Below, piece by piece: positions 25,485-35,243 of a stretch of DNA of 64,000 bases; positions within the stretch are counted from its first letter, which is position 1, and each line of letters starts with the position of its first letter. The DNA comes from an uncultured virus (IMG/VR IMGVR_UViG_3300045421_000122) (lineage: Duplodnaviria > Heunggongvirae > Uroviricota > Caudoviricetes). The notes beneath the pieces were generated by a model. The model did no database searches and was not told where the DNA came from. It saw nothing but the letters and a program-made list of their open reading frames with translations. The position numbers and the translations under genes were made by a program. The stretch lies in IMG/VR virus record IMGVR_UViG_3300045421_000122. One strand, given 5' to 3'.

Positions 25485-26009
25485 TTAAACGCTTATTACG
25501 TCAACTATACCCTCACATGAAGGACTAAATTTTATGGCAGCATTTATTGCTCCAACTACCCTTTTTCTAGGATCTTTAGATTTTTCTGTAGCAGCCAGAT
25601 AACCGTATGCATATTGACTGCCAGAACCCATCGCTAAATAATTTAATGAATATTTAGATAAAGACATATCCATAGCATTGTGCTCATAAATTTGACCTTT
25701 AATGCATATAATTAAACCTAAATCTGCATCTTTGGTTGTATCTACCCAAAAATCAGTGTAAAATGCTCTAAGTTGTTTAATAAATTTAGTTTGCATAAAT
25801 TTGTCTAAATTTTTTATATCTGGAACGTAAGGATTAAAATTATATCTCATTCTTTCCCCGTCAAGAGAACCAGCATATCCAATTAAATATGGTCCAATTT
25901 TCCAAATTTTGGGGGTAGTTAAATTTAAAATAATATCATCATCGGAAGCACCACGATCTCCAGCCATATAAATTTTATTCTCATGACGCACAACAGCAAT
26001 ACAAGTCAT
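25485..26009 (-). CDS. HslV/proteasome-beta-like Ntn hydrolase
   Basis: N-terminal Thr (MTCIA), MAGD, KIWK, AMGSGSQYAYG. Confidence 0.8.
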   Translation of the reverse strand: MTCIAVVRHENKIYMAGDRGASDDDIILNLTTPKIWKIGPYLIGYAGSLDGERMRYNFNPYVPDIKNLDKFMQTKFIKQLRAFYTDFWVDTTKDADLGLIICIKGQIYEHNAMDMSLSKYSLNYLAMGSGSQYAYGYLAATEKSKDPRKRVVGAINAAIKFSPSCEGIVDVISV

Positions 26010-26067
26010 AGCACTCCCTAGGCGTTTTACTTAGTATATCAGAGGATTTAGAGGTAGTCAAATACCC

Positions 26068-26643
26068 TTATTTAAGGGTTTGACCACATGTTGGGCATGT
26101 TTTACGCCTAGTAGCAGTCTTTTTAGCGGTATTAGCAGGGGCAGAGCCAAACTTGGGTCTACCAAACCCTACAATACAAACCATAAGATTTTTTTTATTT
26201 TTTTTATAAGCACGAAGTTTTTTACAAACCTCTCCACCATTTCTTTGACTTCCCCTTACATCGCTAGAGGTATTACCCTCAATGCACCAAACCGTGCCAT
26301 CTTCATTATCTTGAATCACAATTCCAACATGAGATATACGATCAACACCATCTGAAGGAAAATCAAAATATGCTATATCTCCTGCTTGTGGATCTGCAAC
26401 ATCTGTATCAATCCATTGACCAGCCTTTTTAAATGCCGCTGCCCCACCTGGAGTATAAACAGTATTAGGAACTTTTACTCCAGCCTCGTTAGCACACCAA
26501 TTAACAAATGATCCGCACCAAGGTTGAAAATCTGCTTTAGTAAATTTACCGTATTTGGTTTCGTTGTCTTTTGGACCCTCTACAGTTCCTATCTCTGCTT
26601 TAGCAACCTCAACAAGTTTTTCTGCTGTTCCTTGGTCTGCCAT
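26068..26643 (-). CDS. endolysin, CHAP domain
   Basis: QPWCGSFVNW, HVGIV, IEGNT. Confidence 0.9.
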   Translation of the reverse strand: MADQGTAEKLVEVAKAEIGTVEGPKDNETKYGKFTKADFQPWCGSFVNWCANEAGVKVPNTVYTPGGAAAFKKAGQWIDTDVADPQAGDIAYFDFPSDGVDRISHVGIVIQDNEDGTVWCIEGNTSSDVRGSQRNGGEVCKKLRAYKKNKKNLMVCIVGFGRPKFGSAPANTAKKTATRRKTCPTCGQTLK

Positions 26644-26645
26644 TT

Positions 26646-27053
26646 TTATTTATCCCAATTAGTATCAATTGGCTGTTCTTCTGGCATTGCACCATCTGGT
26701 TTAGCAAGTCTACGTGCTTTTGCTTCATCAATTTCTGCCTCTAATTTTTTATCTGCCTGCATATTTTTAGCATCCATTTCTTTGTTTGCTAATTGTGCAG
26801 TCATTACATCTTTAGCACCTGACTGACCTATTAATAGTCCTGCCAGTGTCCCTGTAATAAAGGTTGCTACACTACCAAGAACATTAAAAAACATTTTGTC
26901 ATTTTCTGATTGTCCCGTAATTGGTTGTGCAACAAATATTAAAGCATACATAATTCCTGTTGCTGTAATAAATAAAATAGATCCTAGAGTAATTCCTAGA
27001 ATAAACTTAAGTCTTGCATCTAATTCCGCTGGAGTTAATCTTTCTTTAGCCAT
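26646..27053 (-). CDS. two-TM membrane protein (lysis-associated?)
   Basis: Two hydrophobic helices; next to endolysin. Confidence 0.7.
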   Translation of the reverse strand: MAKERLTPAELDARLKFILGITLGSILFITATGIMYALIFVAQPITGQSENDKMFFNVLGSVATFITGTLAGLLIGQSGAKDVMTAQLANKEMDAKNMQADKKLEAEIDEAKARRLAKPDGAMPEEQPIDTNWDK

Positions 27054-27243
27054 TTGATGTCTCCTTACTTTCTACTAAATCTTCTGGACATGCCCCATTT
27101 GCAGTACAAATTGGCGGTTTGCACTCTGCACTTTCCCAATTTATTGGGTCTTGACATGAATATCTGTAATGACCGTCATATCCACAACCAGACAACCCTA
27201 GTGTCAGGGTAGTTGATATTAGGAGTATGCGTAGTTTTGACAT
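27046..27243 (-). CDS. small lipoprotein
   Basis: Lipobox LSGC after a signal peptide; Cys-rich. Confidence 0.7.
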   Translation of the reverse strand: MSKLRILLISTTLTLGLSGCGYDGHYRYSCQDPINWESAECKPPICTANGACPEDLVESKETSNG

Positions 27244-27322
27244 ACCTCCATTATATCAAACTTATTCGTGGTCTCCTATGTATAATTATATTAGTAATTA
27301 TATTATTTTTATTTAATAAAAA

Positions 27323-27356
27323 AGAGGGTAGAAATTAATCTACCCTCAATTTTTTA
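27323..27356 (-). terminator. intrinsic terminator
   Basis: GAGGGTAGA...TCTACCCTC flanked by A/T runs. Confidence 0.75.
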
Positions 27357-27366
27357 TAAGTAGTTA

Positions 27367-28965
27367 TTAAGCCTTAACTTTTTTCTGAATTTTTAATACA
27401 AGATTGGTTAAAGTCATAATTAACGCTTTAAGAGATGCAATGGTTACAGACAATTCAGCAACAGCGGCAAGTGCTTGTGATGCTGAATCGGTCACTTTTA
27501 CAGTTGCAGACACCTTTGCCTGACCTGCTGTTGGCAAATCAGTTCCGCCAGTTGCGCTGATGGTAACTTCTCCTGCAGATAGTGGCATATAAACTTTATA
27601 AATTTTTACACCATTTGCATCGGTTGTAATTGATGTTGCAGTAATCGTGTCACTTGATCCACCAAAGGAATAACTTGTAGAAATTCCTCCAGAAGCAAGC
27701 AAGTTAGCATATGCCTTTCCAGACAATACTGCACCTGTCGCATCAACTGGTGAAAGAGTAATTGTGGCTTGCTCTCCTGCTAAATAATTTGCTTTGTTAA
27801 AAGCCAATTTAATAGAAGCAACAGCAGCCTCTACACGCACAATTACTGTATCTGCAGAAACTGTGCCACTCTTTACTACTACACCTGCTGATCCAGTTTT
27901 AACACCAGCCAAAGAAAATAATGCTTCGCCATTAGAGATAGAAGCAGTTGTTCCTGAGTTGCTAATTACTGTTAAGTCTGTTGATGTTGCTGTTAGCGTT
28001 CCTGTTCCTACAACTACGCCAGCAGCATCATATGCTACAGCAGAAATTGCATCTGCATTAGAACCTACAGCAATTGTTGGCTTCTTTACAGTTGTAACAA
28101 CTTTAGCAATATCGCCATAGAATGTTACTTTTTCTGTTGCTAAGAGTACGCCAGATGCTGAAGTAAGACTAATACTACCTACTCCAGATGTCCCGTCAGA
28201 AAATACACCAATATAATTTCCTGCAGGGACAACTAATGATCTACCAAGAGCGCTAATTGTTGCATGGTTTGTGCCATATCCCAACATACCTGCTCCTGAA
28301 ATAGTTGCTGTAATTGATTCCGAAGCAGAACCATTAGCAGCGTTCTTTTGAGTTAATACAATAACTGCTGCAGCATCAGATGATGTAGTCTTTGAAGCAT
28401 ATACAGTTGCATCTGTTGTCGCTGAAATAGTTTCACCAGCATTCAAAATAGATGTTGTATAAGCGGTTGATGCTTTAAGATCTGGAGCGGTAACAGTAAC
28501 TGTCCATGTAAGGGCAGCAGATGTAACTGAGCCAGATGCGCTAGTTAATGTAGGAATAAATCTAACTATATATGTTCCAGCAACGCTAGGAACATAAAGT
28601 GATGATGTCAATTTTGCAGTAACATAACCAGTTGTATTTGTTGCTGGTGATATTGCTGCTGTTTTTGTATCTGCTGACAAAGCCACTGTTGCACTAGACG
28701 TTTCTGTAACGGTAAACTGTGGAACACTAGCAGCAGATGGAGCAGACAATACTGCTGATATTACTGAAACAGTATCTCCAATTGATGTTCCCAAAAATGA
28801 TACTGACACAACTGCTGTTGCGGTTTCGCCAGGATTAATGGTGTCTGCTACAGCATCAATAGTTACGACATCTGCATATACGGTAGCCCGTGTCGGAGGT
28901 GCCGACATCACGCCAATAGTTAAGGCTGCAGCCAAAACTGTGGCAATTTTTTTAAATGAATTCAT
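27367..28965 (-). CDS. secreted Ig-like/S-layer-like surface protein
   Basis: Signal peptide; Ala/Thr/Ser/Val-rich beta repeats (TTDANG); C-terminal amphipathic helix ending KIQKKVKA. Confidence 0.75.
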   Translation of the reverse strand: MNSFKKIATVLAAALTIGVMSAPPTRATVYADVVTIDAVADTINPGETATAVVSVSFLGTSIGDTVSVISAVLSAPSAASVPQFTVTETSSATVALSADTKTAAISPATNTTGYVTAKLTSSLYVPSVAGTYIVRFIPTLTSASGSVTSAALTWTVTVTAPDLKASTAYTTSILNAGETISATTDATVYASKTTSSDAAAVIVLTQKNAANGSASESITATISGAGMLGYGTNHATISALGRSLVVPAGNYIGVFSDGTSGVGSISLTSASGVLLATEKVTFYGDIAKVVTTVKKPTIAVGSNADAISAVAYDAAGVVVGTGTLTATSTDLTVISNSGTTASISNGEALFSLAGVKTGSAGVVVKSGTVSADTVIVRVEAAVASIKLAFNKANYLAGEQATITLSPVDATGAVLSGKAYANLLASGGISTSYSFGGSSDTITATSITTDANGVKIYKVYMPLSAGEVTISATGGTDLPTAGQAKVSATVKVTDSASQALAAVAELSVTIASLKALIMTLTNLVLKIQKKVKA

Positions 28966-28977
28966 TTTTCTCCCTGT

Positions 28978-30759
28978 TCATATTAATTTATATTCTGATA
29001 GGAAATCTCTAACATCGTCAGGTAGTTCCCTGTCTTCTAATTTTACCATATCTCTTTGTTTTTGTTCAAGTTTAGTGGCAGAAGACCAAGTATGAACCTC
29101 AATTTCAAGATTAGAGTCCTTACTTGTGTGAGATATTGCTTGAAATACTGCCCCACAAACTGCGTCGGCAAGGTCCTTAGATTTTTTGCGAGGATGATCA
29201 ATACGATTATTTTTCATAATTTTTAACTCGCTCATTTCTTCAAGCAATAAAGGTATCATTGGCATAACAATTCTTTCTTCATAAACCATCATAGCAAGAT
29301 CTTCGTAATGTTTTTTGGCAACAGATATAGTATTTGTTTTTAATCCAACGGCCTTTAATTCTTGCTGAATATCAAAGGATTGCCACCTATCAAAACTTAT
29401 CATTCCTATATTAAAACCTTCTCTACGAAGATTAATTATCCAGTTTTTTACTTCAGACAGGTTAACTGGTCCCTCTACTTTTGGTTCCCACCAAGCAACA
29501 GCATCTACAATAACTATGGGAGCAACCTGTTGATAATCTTTAATTACTTGAACATTTACCCACTTATCTACGTGTGCTATAGCAACCGCACATTTGTCAT
29601 GTTTTTGTGCTAAGTCTGCATGTATGTAATATATTTTTTCAGGATCTGGTTTAAAAGATAAGTCAAATCTTCTATATGAGTCTAATGGATTTCTTAAGGT
29701 CATACATTTTTGTAACTTGTCCTTTTGTTTAAAAAAAGCATCAGAAGAATATATTGGAATACATGCAAATCTCATTAATGCATCTCCAAGATCTGTTAAA
29801 AATGCAATTTTAAAATCTTCTATTTTACGAGTAGGATTGACCTCCCAAGTAGGTCTTTTTAATGCAAACATTTTAGGATACTTATATGAAAGAATGTGAT
29901 CTTCTTCCCAAACAATTTCAAATTGATTATCTGGACTCTCTGGCAATTCTTCATTTATAATAAATTTATGTCTGCGCTCTATTACTTCTTTTTCAGCAAT
30001 TACATCTTCATACCTCTTAGAAATAAAATCACCAGCATAACGAGGAAAAGAAAGAAGAACTACTTTGCCAAGATCTGGAAAACGAGAATCTACTGTACCA
30101 CGAAATGCTTTATAGATATTGTCAGCAGTTTTGCCCTGATCGTTACCAGTGCCAACATCAGTAGCAAATCCAGAAATTTCATCAAGCACTGCCAAAAATA
30201 AATTTAATCCCTCATGAGACTCTCGTTCTGAATGACCAGAGTAAACAGTAATTGATTTATTAAAACTAATTGAGTTTACTTTTGCTTCATATTTACCAGC
30301 AAACCATGGAGATTTTTCAATTTTATTTTTAAATCCCTTAAAAAAAACATTTTTTGCTTGCTCTGCATTAATAGCAACATTAATAATGTCTATTGCATCT
30401 CCACTTGGTTTTCCGAAATATCTTGCAGGATCTTTGAGACATAATAACTTATAGACAATATAAGCACAGGCAACAGTAGAAGTATGATCTTTGCCGCTAC
30501 CCTTACCCAACTGCAAGATGATTTCGTTTTTTGTGTATTTTTCATAGTGTTTTTCTCCAGCGTCTGTTCCTATTAGATTTTGTAAATCATTTTTTTTGTA
30601 AACCTGACTCATTGCCTCAACAATATCATATTGAATTTCAGATAAGGGTGGCTGACCAAGATAATCTGATGATTCTACAAACGTTTTTACATTTATTGGA
30701 ATTATTTCAAATTGTTCATTTTTTAAAGCATCAATAAAATCATTAAACATCGTGGACAA
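28978..30759 (-). CDS. terL: terminase large subunit
   Basis: Walker A LGKGSGKD, Walker B AVLDE, nuclease HADLA and KDLADA. Confidence 0.92.
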   Translation of the reverse strand: MSTMFNDFIDALKNEQFEIIPINVKTFVESSDYLGQPPLSEIQYDIVEAMSQVYKKNDLQNLIGTDAGEKHYEKYTKNEIILQLGKGSGKDHTSTVACAYIVYKLLCLKDPARYFGKPSGDAIDIINVAINAEQAKNVFFKGFKNKIEKSPWFAGKYEAKVNSISFNKSITVYSGHSERESHEGLNLFLAVLDEISGFATDVGTGNDQGKTADNIYKAFRGTVDSRFPDLGKVVLLSFPRYAGDFISKRYEDVIAEKEVIERRHKFIINEELPESPDNQFEIVWEEDHILSYKYPKMFALKRPTWEVNPTRKIEDFKIAFLTDLGDALMRFACIPIYSSDAFFKQKDKLQKCMTLRNPLDSYRRFDLSFKPDPEKIYYIHADLAQKHDKCAVAIAHVDKWVNVQVIKDYQQVAPIVIVDAVAWWEPKVEGPVNLSEVKNWIINLRREGFNIGMISFDRWQSFDIQQELKAVGLKTNTISVAKKHYEDLAMMVYEERIVMPMIPLLLEEMSELKIMKNNRIDHPRKKSKDLADAVCGAVFQAISHTSKDSNLEIEVHTWSSATKLEQKQRDMVKLEDRELPDDVRDFLSEYKLI

Positions 30760-31276
30760 CAGTGATTACCTCACCTTCTTTGGCCACTTCAGACAATCTA
30801 GACATTATCAAATCTCTTACCTTTGGATGTTCTGAAGCAATATCTCTTAAAATTCCAACCAATATTTCTTGGCGTTTTTCTATTTCTATCATTTCTTCTG
30901 CTAATTCTTTGTTTTCTAACAATCCAGCCTTTTGTAGCATATCAATTCGTTTTGCCTCAATGTCCATAACTAATTTAATTGATTGAGTTTTTGCATTAAG
31001 ATTGTTTGTCATTGATGCTTCATCAATAACCTCATATGCTTTTGTTATTAGTTTACTATAATGAGCGTCTGCTCCAACCAACGCTTCTTTTGCACGAGCA
31101 CGAATAGCATCATTAGCAGATGCCATTATTCTCCACTCATTTAGATGAGCAACAACCCTTGTTCGTGGCATTTGTAATTGTTTAGATATGGTTGTTGGAT
31201 CATTACCCTTTAAATATTCTTCAACAACTTTGTTAATTTCATCAAGATGTTGAACGATTTCGTTATCTGTTGTCAT
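30743..31276 (-). CDS. probable terminase small subunit
   Basis: N-terminal HTH plus helical body, directly upstream of terL. Confidence 0.65.
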   Translation of the reverse strand: MTTDNEIVQHLDEINKVVEEYLKGNDPTTISKQLQMPRTRVVAHLNEWRIMASANDAIRARAKEALVGADAHYSKLITKAYEVIDEASMTNNLNAKTQSIKLVMDIEAKRIDMLQKAGLLENKELAEEMIEIEKRQEILVGILRDIASEHPKVRDLIMSRLSEVAKEGEVITVVHDV

Positions 31277-31601
31277 TTTTTTCTTTTGCCACCTTTAATA
31301 AAATTAAATATCCAATTAAATCATTAATATCGTCGTCTCCTGGATATTCTGTGCCTTTTGTCAAACGACTTAATTTGTCATCTATTCTAACGTTTAACTG
31401 TTCAATTGAACTTGATTTACTAAAAATTCTTAAAGGGTTTATGGCAGAGTCTCCGTATGCAATATTTTTTTCAATTAGCATCTGTGCAATCCCCATACAA
31501 TTTTGTAATATTGCAAGGCCTGAAGGCGCTGATAATGAATGCAGATACAAATCATCATAATTGAAGTAATCAATATCTTTATATACTGGAACTGGTTTCA
31601 T
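31263..31601 (-). CDS. nucleotide-modification-associated (DUF1599/MazG-like) protein
   Basis: KNIAYGDS, VRIDDKLSR, DLIGYLIL; start revised to 31601. Confidence 0.7.
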   Translation of the reverse strand: MKPVPVYKDIDYFNYDDLYLHSLSAPSGLAILQNCMGIAQMLIEKNIAYGDSAINPLRIFSKSSSIEQLNVRIDDKLSRLTKGTEYPGDDDINDLIGYLILLKVAKEKNDNR

Positions 31602-31753
31602 CTTTTTGACTTCCTTAATTTGAATTTTGCAAGGTATACATAAATGGTTTCTACGCTTACCCCACATTCTTTAGCAATTTCTTCTGGACTTTTTTTATCC
31701 ATATGATAGCGTTTTTTAAGCCAAATTTGACTTTGATACATTTTAGCACTCAT
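31598..31753 (-). CDS. 51-aa HTH DNA-binding protein (not in ORF track)
   Basis: WLKKRY...SPEEIAKECGVSVETIYVYLAKF. Confidence 0.8.
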   Translation of the reverse strand: MSAKMYQSQIWLKKRYHMDKKSPEEIAKECGVSVETIYVYLAKFKLRKSKR

Positions 31754-32343
31754 TGTTCATCCTTGTCAAATTTTATTGCTTTTTCCCAATTATTTACAGA
31801 CCAATGACCTATTCCTGCTGCATCTGCTACATCATAATCTAATATTTTTTTGTCATAAATTATTTCTAATAGTTTTATTGTTCTTTTTTTTCTAAACTCT
31901 CTCTCATAGGCCTTGTACCAAGAAATAGATTTATTTGGATTAACAGATTTAATCTGAAACTGTTCTTCTTTTGTTAATTTTTTATTTCCTAAAAATGATT
32001 GCCAAGTTATTGGAGATACGCGACCAATTGTTTTTATACCAGCCAAACCAATACCTCCAATAATTGCTCCTTGTACTAAAGCAAGATCGGCAGCAGTTTT
32101 TGGACTATTCATAAATACCGTATGCTCAATTACTACAGCATCTAAATTTTTACATTGATTAAAAAATGCTCTAGTTTTTGCAGTTGCATCAATTGTTTTT
32201 TGATATATGTTATTTCCTTGCAAATTAATTTTTCCGTACCTATCTAATTTTTTATTAGTATAAAATGCAAAAGCAATATTATTTGTGCTTGCATCTATAG
32301 CGCATATTGAAATGGGTTGATTAATTGTATTGTTCATAATCAA
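31750..32343 (-). CDS. ruvC: RuvC-like Holliday junction resolvase
   Basis: AIDAST, VVIE, DVADAAGIG. Confidence 0.8.
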   Translation of the reverse strand: MIMNNTINQPISICAIDASTNNIAFAFYTNKKLDRYGKINLQGNNIYQKTIDATAKTRAFFNQCKNLDAVVIEHTVFMNSPKTAADLALVQGAIIGGIGLAGIKTIGRVSPITWQSFLGNKKLTKEEQFQIKSVNPNKSISWYKAYEREFRKKRTIKLLEIIYDKKILDYDVADAAGIGHWSVNNWEKAIKFDKDEQ

Positions 32344-32614
32344 AATATCCTTTTATTTCTTTTAACATTTTTTCTACTGCTTTTTTATGTATATTACAAT
32401 TTTGACAAAATCCAGATTCGTTATAAATTGAAAGTTGTTGTTTACATCCACCTAAACAAATTCTTTTTTTACCAATTCGTTTTTGAATCCTTGTAACTTG
32501 ATATCTTTCTACAATTTTATTTTTGGTTGCTTTATTTCTGCAATCAGAACTACAGTATATTTGATAACTTACTTTAGGTTTAAAAGTTAAATTACAATAT
32601 TCACATTGTTTCAC
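32321..32614 (-). CDS. zinc-finger protein
   Basis: CEYC...YCSSDC, C...C...CQNC. Confidence 0.7.
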   Translation of the reverse strand: MKQCEYCNLTFKPKVSYQIYCSSDCRNKATKNKIVERYQVTRIQKRIGKKRICLGGCKQQLSIYNESGFCQNCNIHKKAVEKMLKEIKGYFDYEQYN

Positions 32615-33437
32615 GCAATTCCTCCAGCGAAGCAATTTTAACTACACCATCACCCCGTTGATCACATGTTTTTTTAACTGGACATGTTTTACAAATTTTA
32701 GAGTTTGTTCTATAATTTTTAATTGGTAATTCGTTTTTCATCCATGAAGCACGAACATTAATCATCCAATTAAACGCATTGTCTGTCCATTTACGATAGT
32801 GATCATCGGCGTATATTGCAATTGGTAAAAGTTCATGATTATTTTTATTTTCATAAATAATAATTCCATGTTTGTGTTTAAGAATTTTCATATAAATTAA
32901 TAATTGAACAATATGATCATTTTTGGCTTTTTTGCTGTTTTTTCTATGTTCAAAATGCTCATTGTTACAAGTTTTTATTTCTATAAGTACTTCTTTTCCA
33001 TTCCAATCAACTATTCCATCTCCATGACCAAAAATTGGAGGATTTTCATTTCTTATATCAAACTCTGTTGTGTCTTCAAATTCTTTTGTTTTAGCATTTT
33101 CTTTTTTAAATATTTTGGCTATACCAGAATGTATTAAAGCATTTTGAATTCTTATATGACTATATGTTCCATTGGTTCTATTTGCAACACCATTAGGATC
33201 TATATAATCTTCAAACATAGAGCCTTCAAATGCAAAATACCAATATCTTGGACACTCTCCATGACCATATGCCAATGTTGATGGAGCAAAAGAATATTTG
33301 GTTGTTTGTTTAGGAACCAAAGGTTTTGTATATCCAGATTTTATTATATCTACAAGTCCAGTTAAATCAAAATTAATTTCTTTTGATTTTATACTTTCTT
33401 TTTTTAACATTATTTCTTTTAATAAGTTTTTAGTCAT
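32601..33437 (-). CDS. Cas4-like PD-(D/E)xK exonuclease
   Basis: CPRYW, GDG...EIKT, QLLIY, CKTCPVKKTC (four-Cys Fe-S staple pattern). Confidence 0.85.
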   Translation of the reverse strand: MTKNLLKEIMLKKESIKSKEINFDLTGLVDIIKSGYTKPLVPKQTTKYSFAPSTLAYGHGECPRYWYFAFEGSMFEDYIDPNGVANRTNGTYSHIRIQNALIHSGIAKIFKKENAKTKEFEDTTEFDIRNENPPIFGHGDGIVDWNGKEVLIEIKTCNNEHFEHRKNSKKAKNDHIVQLLIYMKILKHKHGIIIYENKNNHELLPIAIYADDHYRKWTDNAFNWMINVRASWMKNELPIKNYRTNSKICKTCPVKKTCDQRGDGVVKIASLEELRETM

Positions 33438-33463
33438 TGTTTACCTTTATTCCATTATATCAG

Positions 33464-33775
33464 TTAGCGAATTGTATATTTTAGTGCAGATACTAAATCG
33501 TTAATTGCTTCGGCAGAAGTATAATAAATATTCTTCTTACTTCTATTTCCCTTGTCAACATTTGCCATCCATGTGGCTTTTAATGACATTTTTGCTGCAA
33601 TAGCCTGAAGCCTAACAATTTCTACGGTTACTACATTTAATGGAATATCTGGTTTAAGAATAGTCTTGGCTATAAATGTCAATGCGGTTGTTAATTCTTC
33701 ATCTTGCATATATTCTGCAATTTCTGTCAAACCATTAATCTGATCTATTGCATTTTTTTGTGTATTTTCTGTCAT
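33464..33775 (-). CDS. hypothetical protein
   Basis: 103-aa ORF in the recombination operon. Confidence 0.75.
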   Translation of the reverse strand: MTENTQKNAIDQINGLTEIAEYMQDEELTTALTFIAKTILKPDIPLNVVTVEIVRLQAIAAKMSLKATWMANVDKGNRSKKNIYYTSAEAINDLVSALKYTIR

Positions 33776-34065
33776 TTTTTCTCTCCTGTTAGTTGATCTA
33801 ATAGTTCAAATTCTATTATGGCTAATCTTGTTTTTTTGTTACCCTCGCCCAGAACAACCACAACTGCTGGGGACTTGTCTGTGCCAGCCTGCAAAGAATC
33901 TGTAACGGCTTTGGCCCAAATTTCTTGATTAATAGTAAAAGATTTTTTTGTTTCTTTAAAATCAATAACAAAATTTTTCCAAGTTGCATCACCCTTTTTG
34001 GTGTTACGACCAGAATTTTTATGCCGTTTAGCATTTATTCTTTTACTTTCGTTTTTCTCGCTCAT
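33772..34065 (-). CDS. Hjc-like PD-(D/E)xK resolvase/nuclease
   Basis: NSGR...KGDA...IDFKE. Confidence 0.7.
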   Translation of the reverse strand: MSEKNESKRINAKRHKNSGRNTKKGDATWKNFVIDFKETKKSFTINQEIWAKAVTDSLQAGTDKSPAVVVVLGEGNKKTRLAIIEFELLDQLTGEKK

Positions 34066-34237
34066 AGTCTTTCTTCTTTTTATATTTAACTTGAAAAAGT
34101 TGTATTTTAGACAAATGTTTATTGCTACACATCCAAGACGCTATCCCAGTATCTAAATAGACTCTCATAGTTTTTACCTCTTCTTTACATGTTTTACAAG
34201 GAAATTGTCCTGGATAAACACTAAATTGTTCAGACAT
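34043..34237 (-). CDS. small zinc-binding protein
   Basis: CKTC...CSNKH. Confidence 0.7.
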   Translation of the reverse strand: MSEQFSVYPGQFPCKTCKEEVKTMRVYLDTGIASWMCSNKHLSKIQLFQVKYKKKKDYEREKRK

Positions 34238-35243
34238 TATTTAATTTATTTTTCAATATTTGTTGAAAATTTAAATCGTCTTTAGCGCGTTTAATAAGAC
34301 CATCTCTACCTTGAATTTTTGATCCATCTTCTAGTTGATACCATGCTCCAGTTCTGTTGACAATGCCAACGCTTTCTGCTGTATCAACAAGATCTCCAAT
34401 TGAATCAATGCCAATATTATCTCCTCTAAAATAGAAATCATATTCTCCAGACTGAAAACCTGGAGAAATTTTAGAAAATTGCAATTCCCAACGAACCTTA
34501 CGACCAATTTTTTCTTCAATAAGTTTATCACCTACATGAATTTTTCCTTTAATTGCTTGATTGTCTGATTCAGATGAGAATAGTTTAATAACACAGGAAG
34601 AATAAAATTTTGTGGCTTGGCCACCAGATGGTTGTTGACTTGTATACATAGAATTAATGTTGTTTCTTGATTGAGATATTAAAACTAATAATGTTGGTTT
34701 TATTTTATTATTAGCATAATTAAGCATTTTCCAGGCATTGCTAAAGTCTCTTGACTCTGCGCCAATTTGTTTAGTATTTTCAAGAGGCTTCATTTCATCT
34801 GTGTCTTTTTCAAAATAAATTGCAGGCAGCAAAGAAGTAATAGAATCAACAACAATTAAATCAACACCAGCATTCATTAATCCAACACCTACATCTACCA
34901 TATCGCTAATAGTACGTACTTGTGAGTAGATAAGTTTTGTTGAATCTACTCCAAGTTTTTTAGCCCAGTCTTCAGAATATGACATTTCTGAATCTATCCA
35001 TGCACAAATTTTGTTTTCTTTTTGCGCTAAAGCAATCATTTCTAAACACATTGATGATTTTGCTGATGACTTGCTGCCCCAAATTAATACTTGTCTACCA
35101 TATGGCAAGCCACCATTTAATGCACGATTAAGACCAAAACTTGATGTGGGCTGATGATCAAGGGTAATGTTTTCTCCTGTACCCAAACGTTTACGTATTC
35201 TTGGATCTAATTGCGAAAATACTTCTTCTACACTAATTGACAT
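34230..35243 (-). CDS. recA: RecA/UvsX-like recombinase
   Basis: GGLPYGR, variant Walker A GSKSSAKS, IVVDS, GAWY. Confidence 0.9.
   Translation of the reverse strand: MSISVEEVFSQLDPRIRKRLGTGENITLDHQPTSSFGLNRALNGGLPYGRQVLIWGSKSSAKSSMCLEMIALAQKENKICAWIDSEMSYSEDWAKKLGVDSTKLIYSQVRTISDMVDVGVGLMNAGVDLIVVDSITSLLPAIYFEKDTDEMKPLENTKQIGAESRDFSNAWKMLNYANNKIKPTLLVLISQSRNNINSMYTSQQPSGGQATKFYSSCVIKLFSSESDNQAIKGKIHVGDKLIEEKIGRKVRWELQFSKISPGFQSGEYDFYFRGDNIGIDSIGDLVDTAESVGIVNRTGAWYQLEDGSKIQGRDGLIKRAKDDLNFQQILKNKLNNV

Noticed and set aside
32601..33437. Cas4-like gene as evidence of CRISPR-Cas
   Set aside because: No cas1/cas2 and no array; stand-alone Cas4-like exonucleases are common in phage recombination modules.
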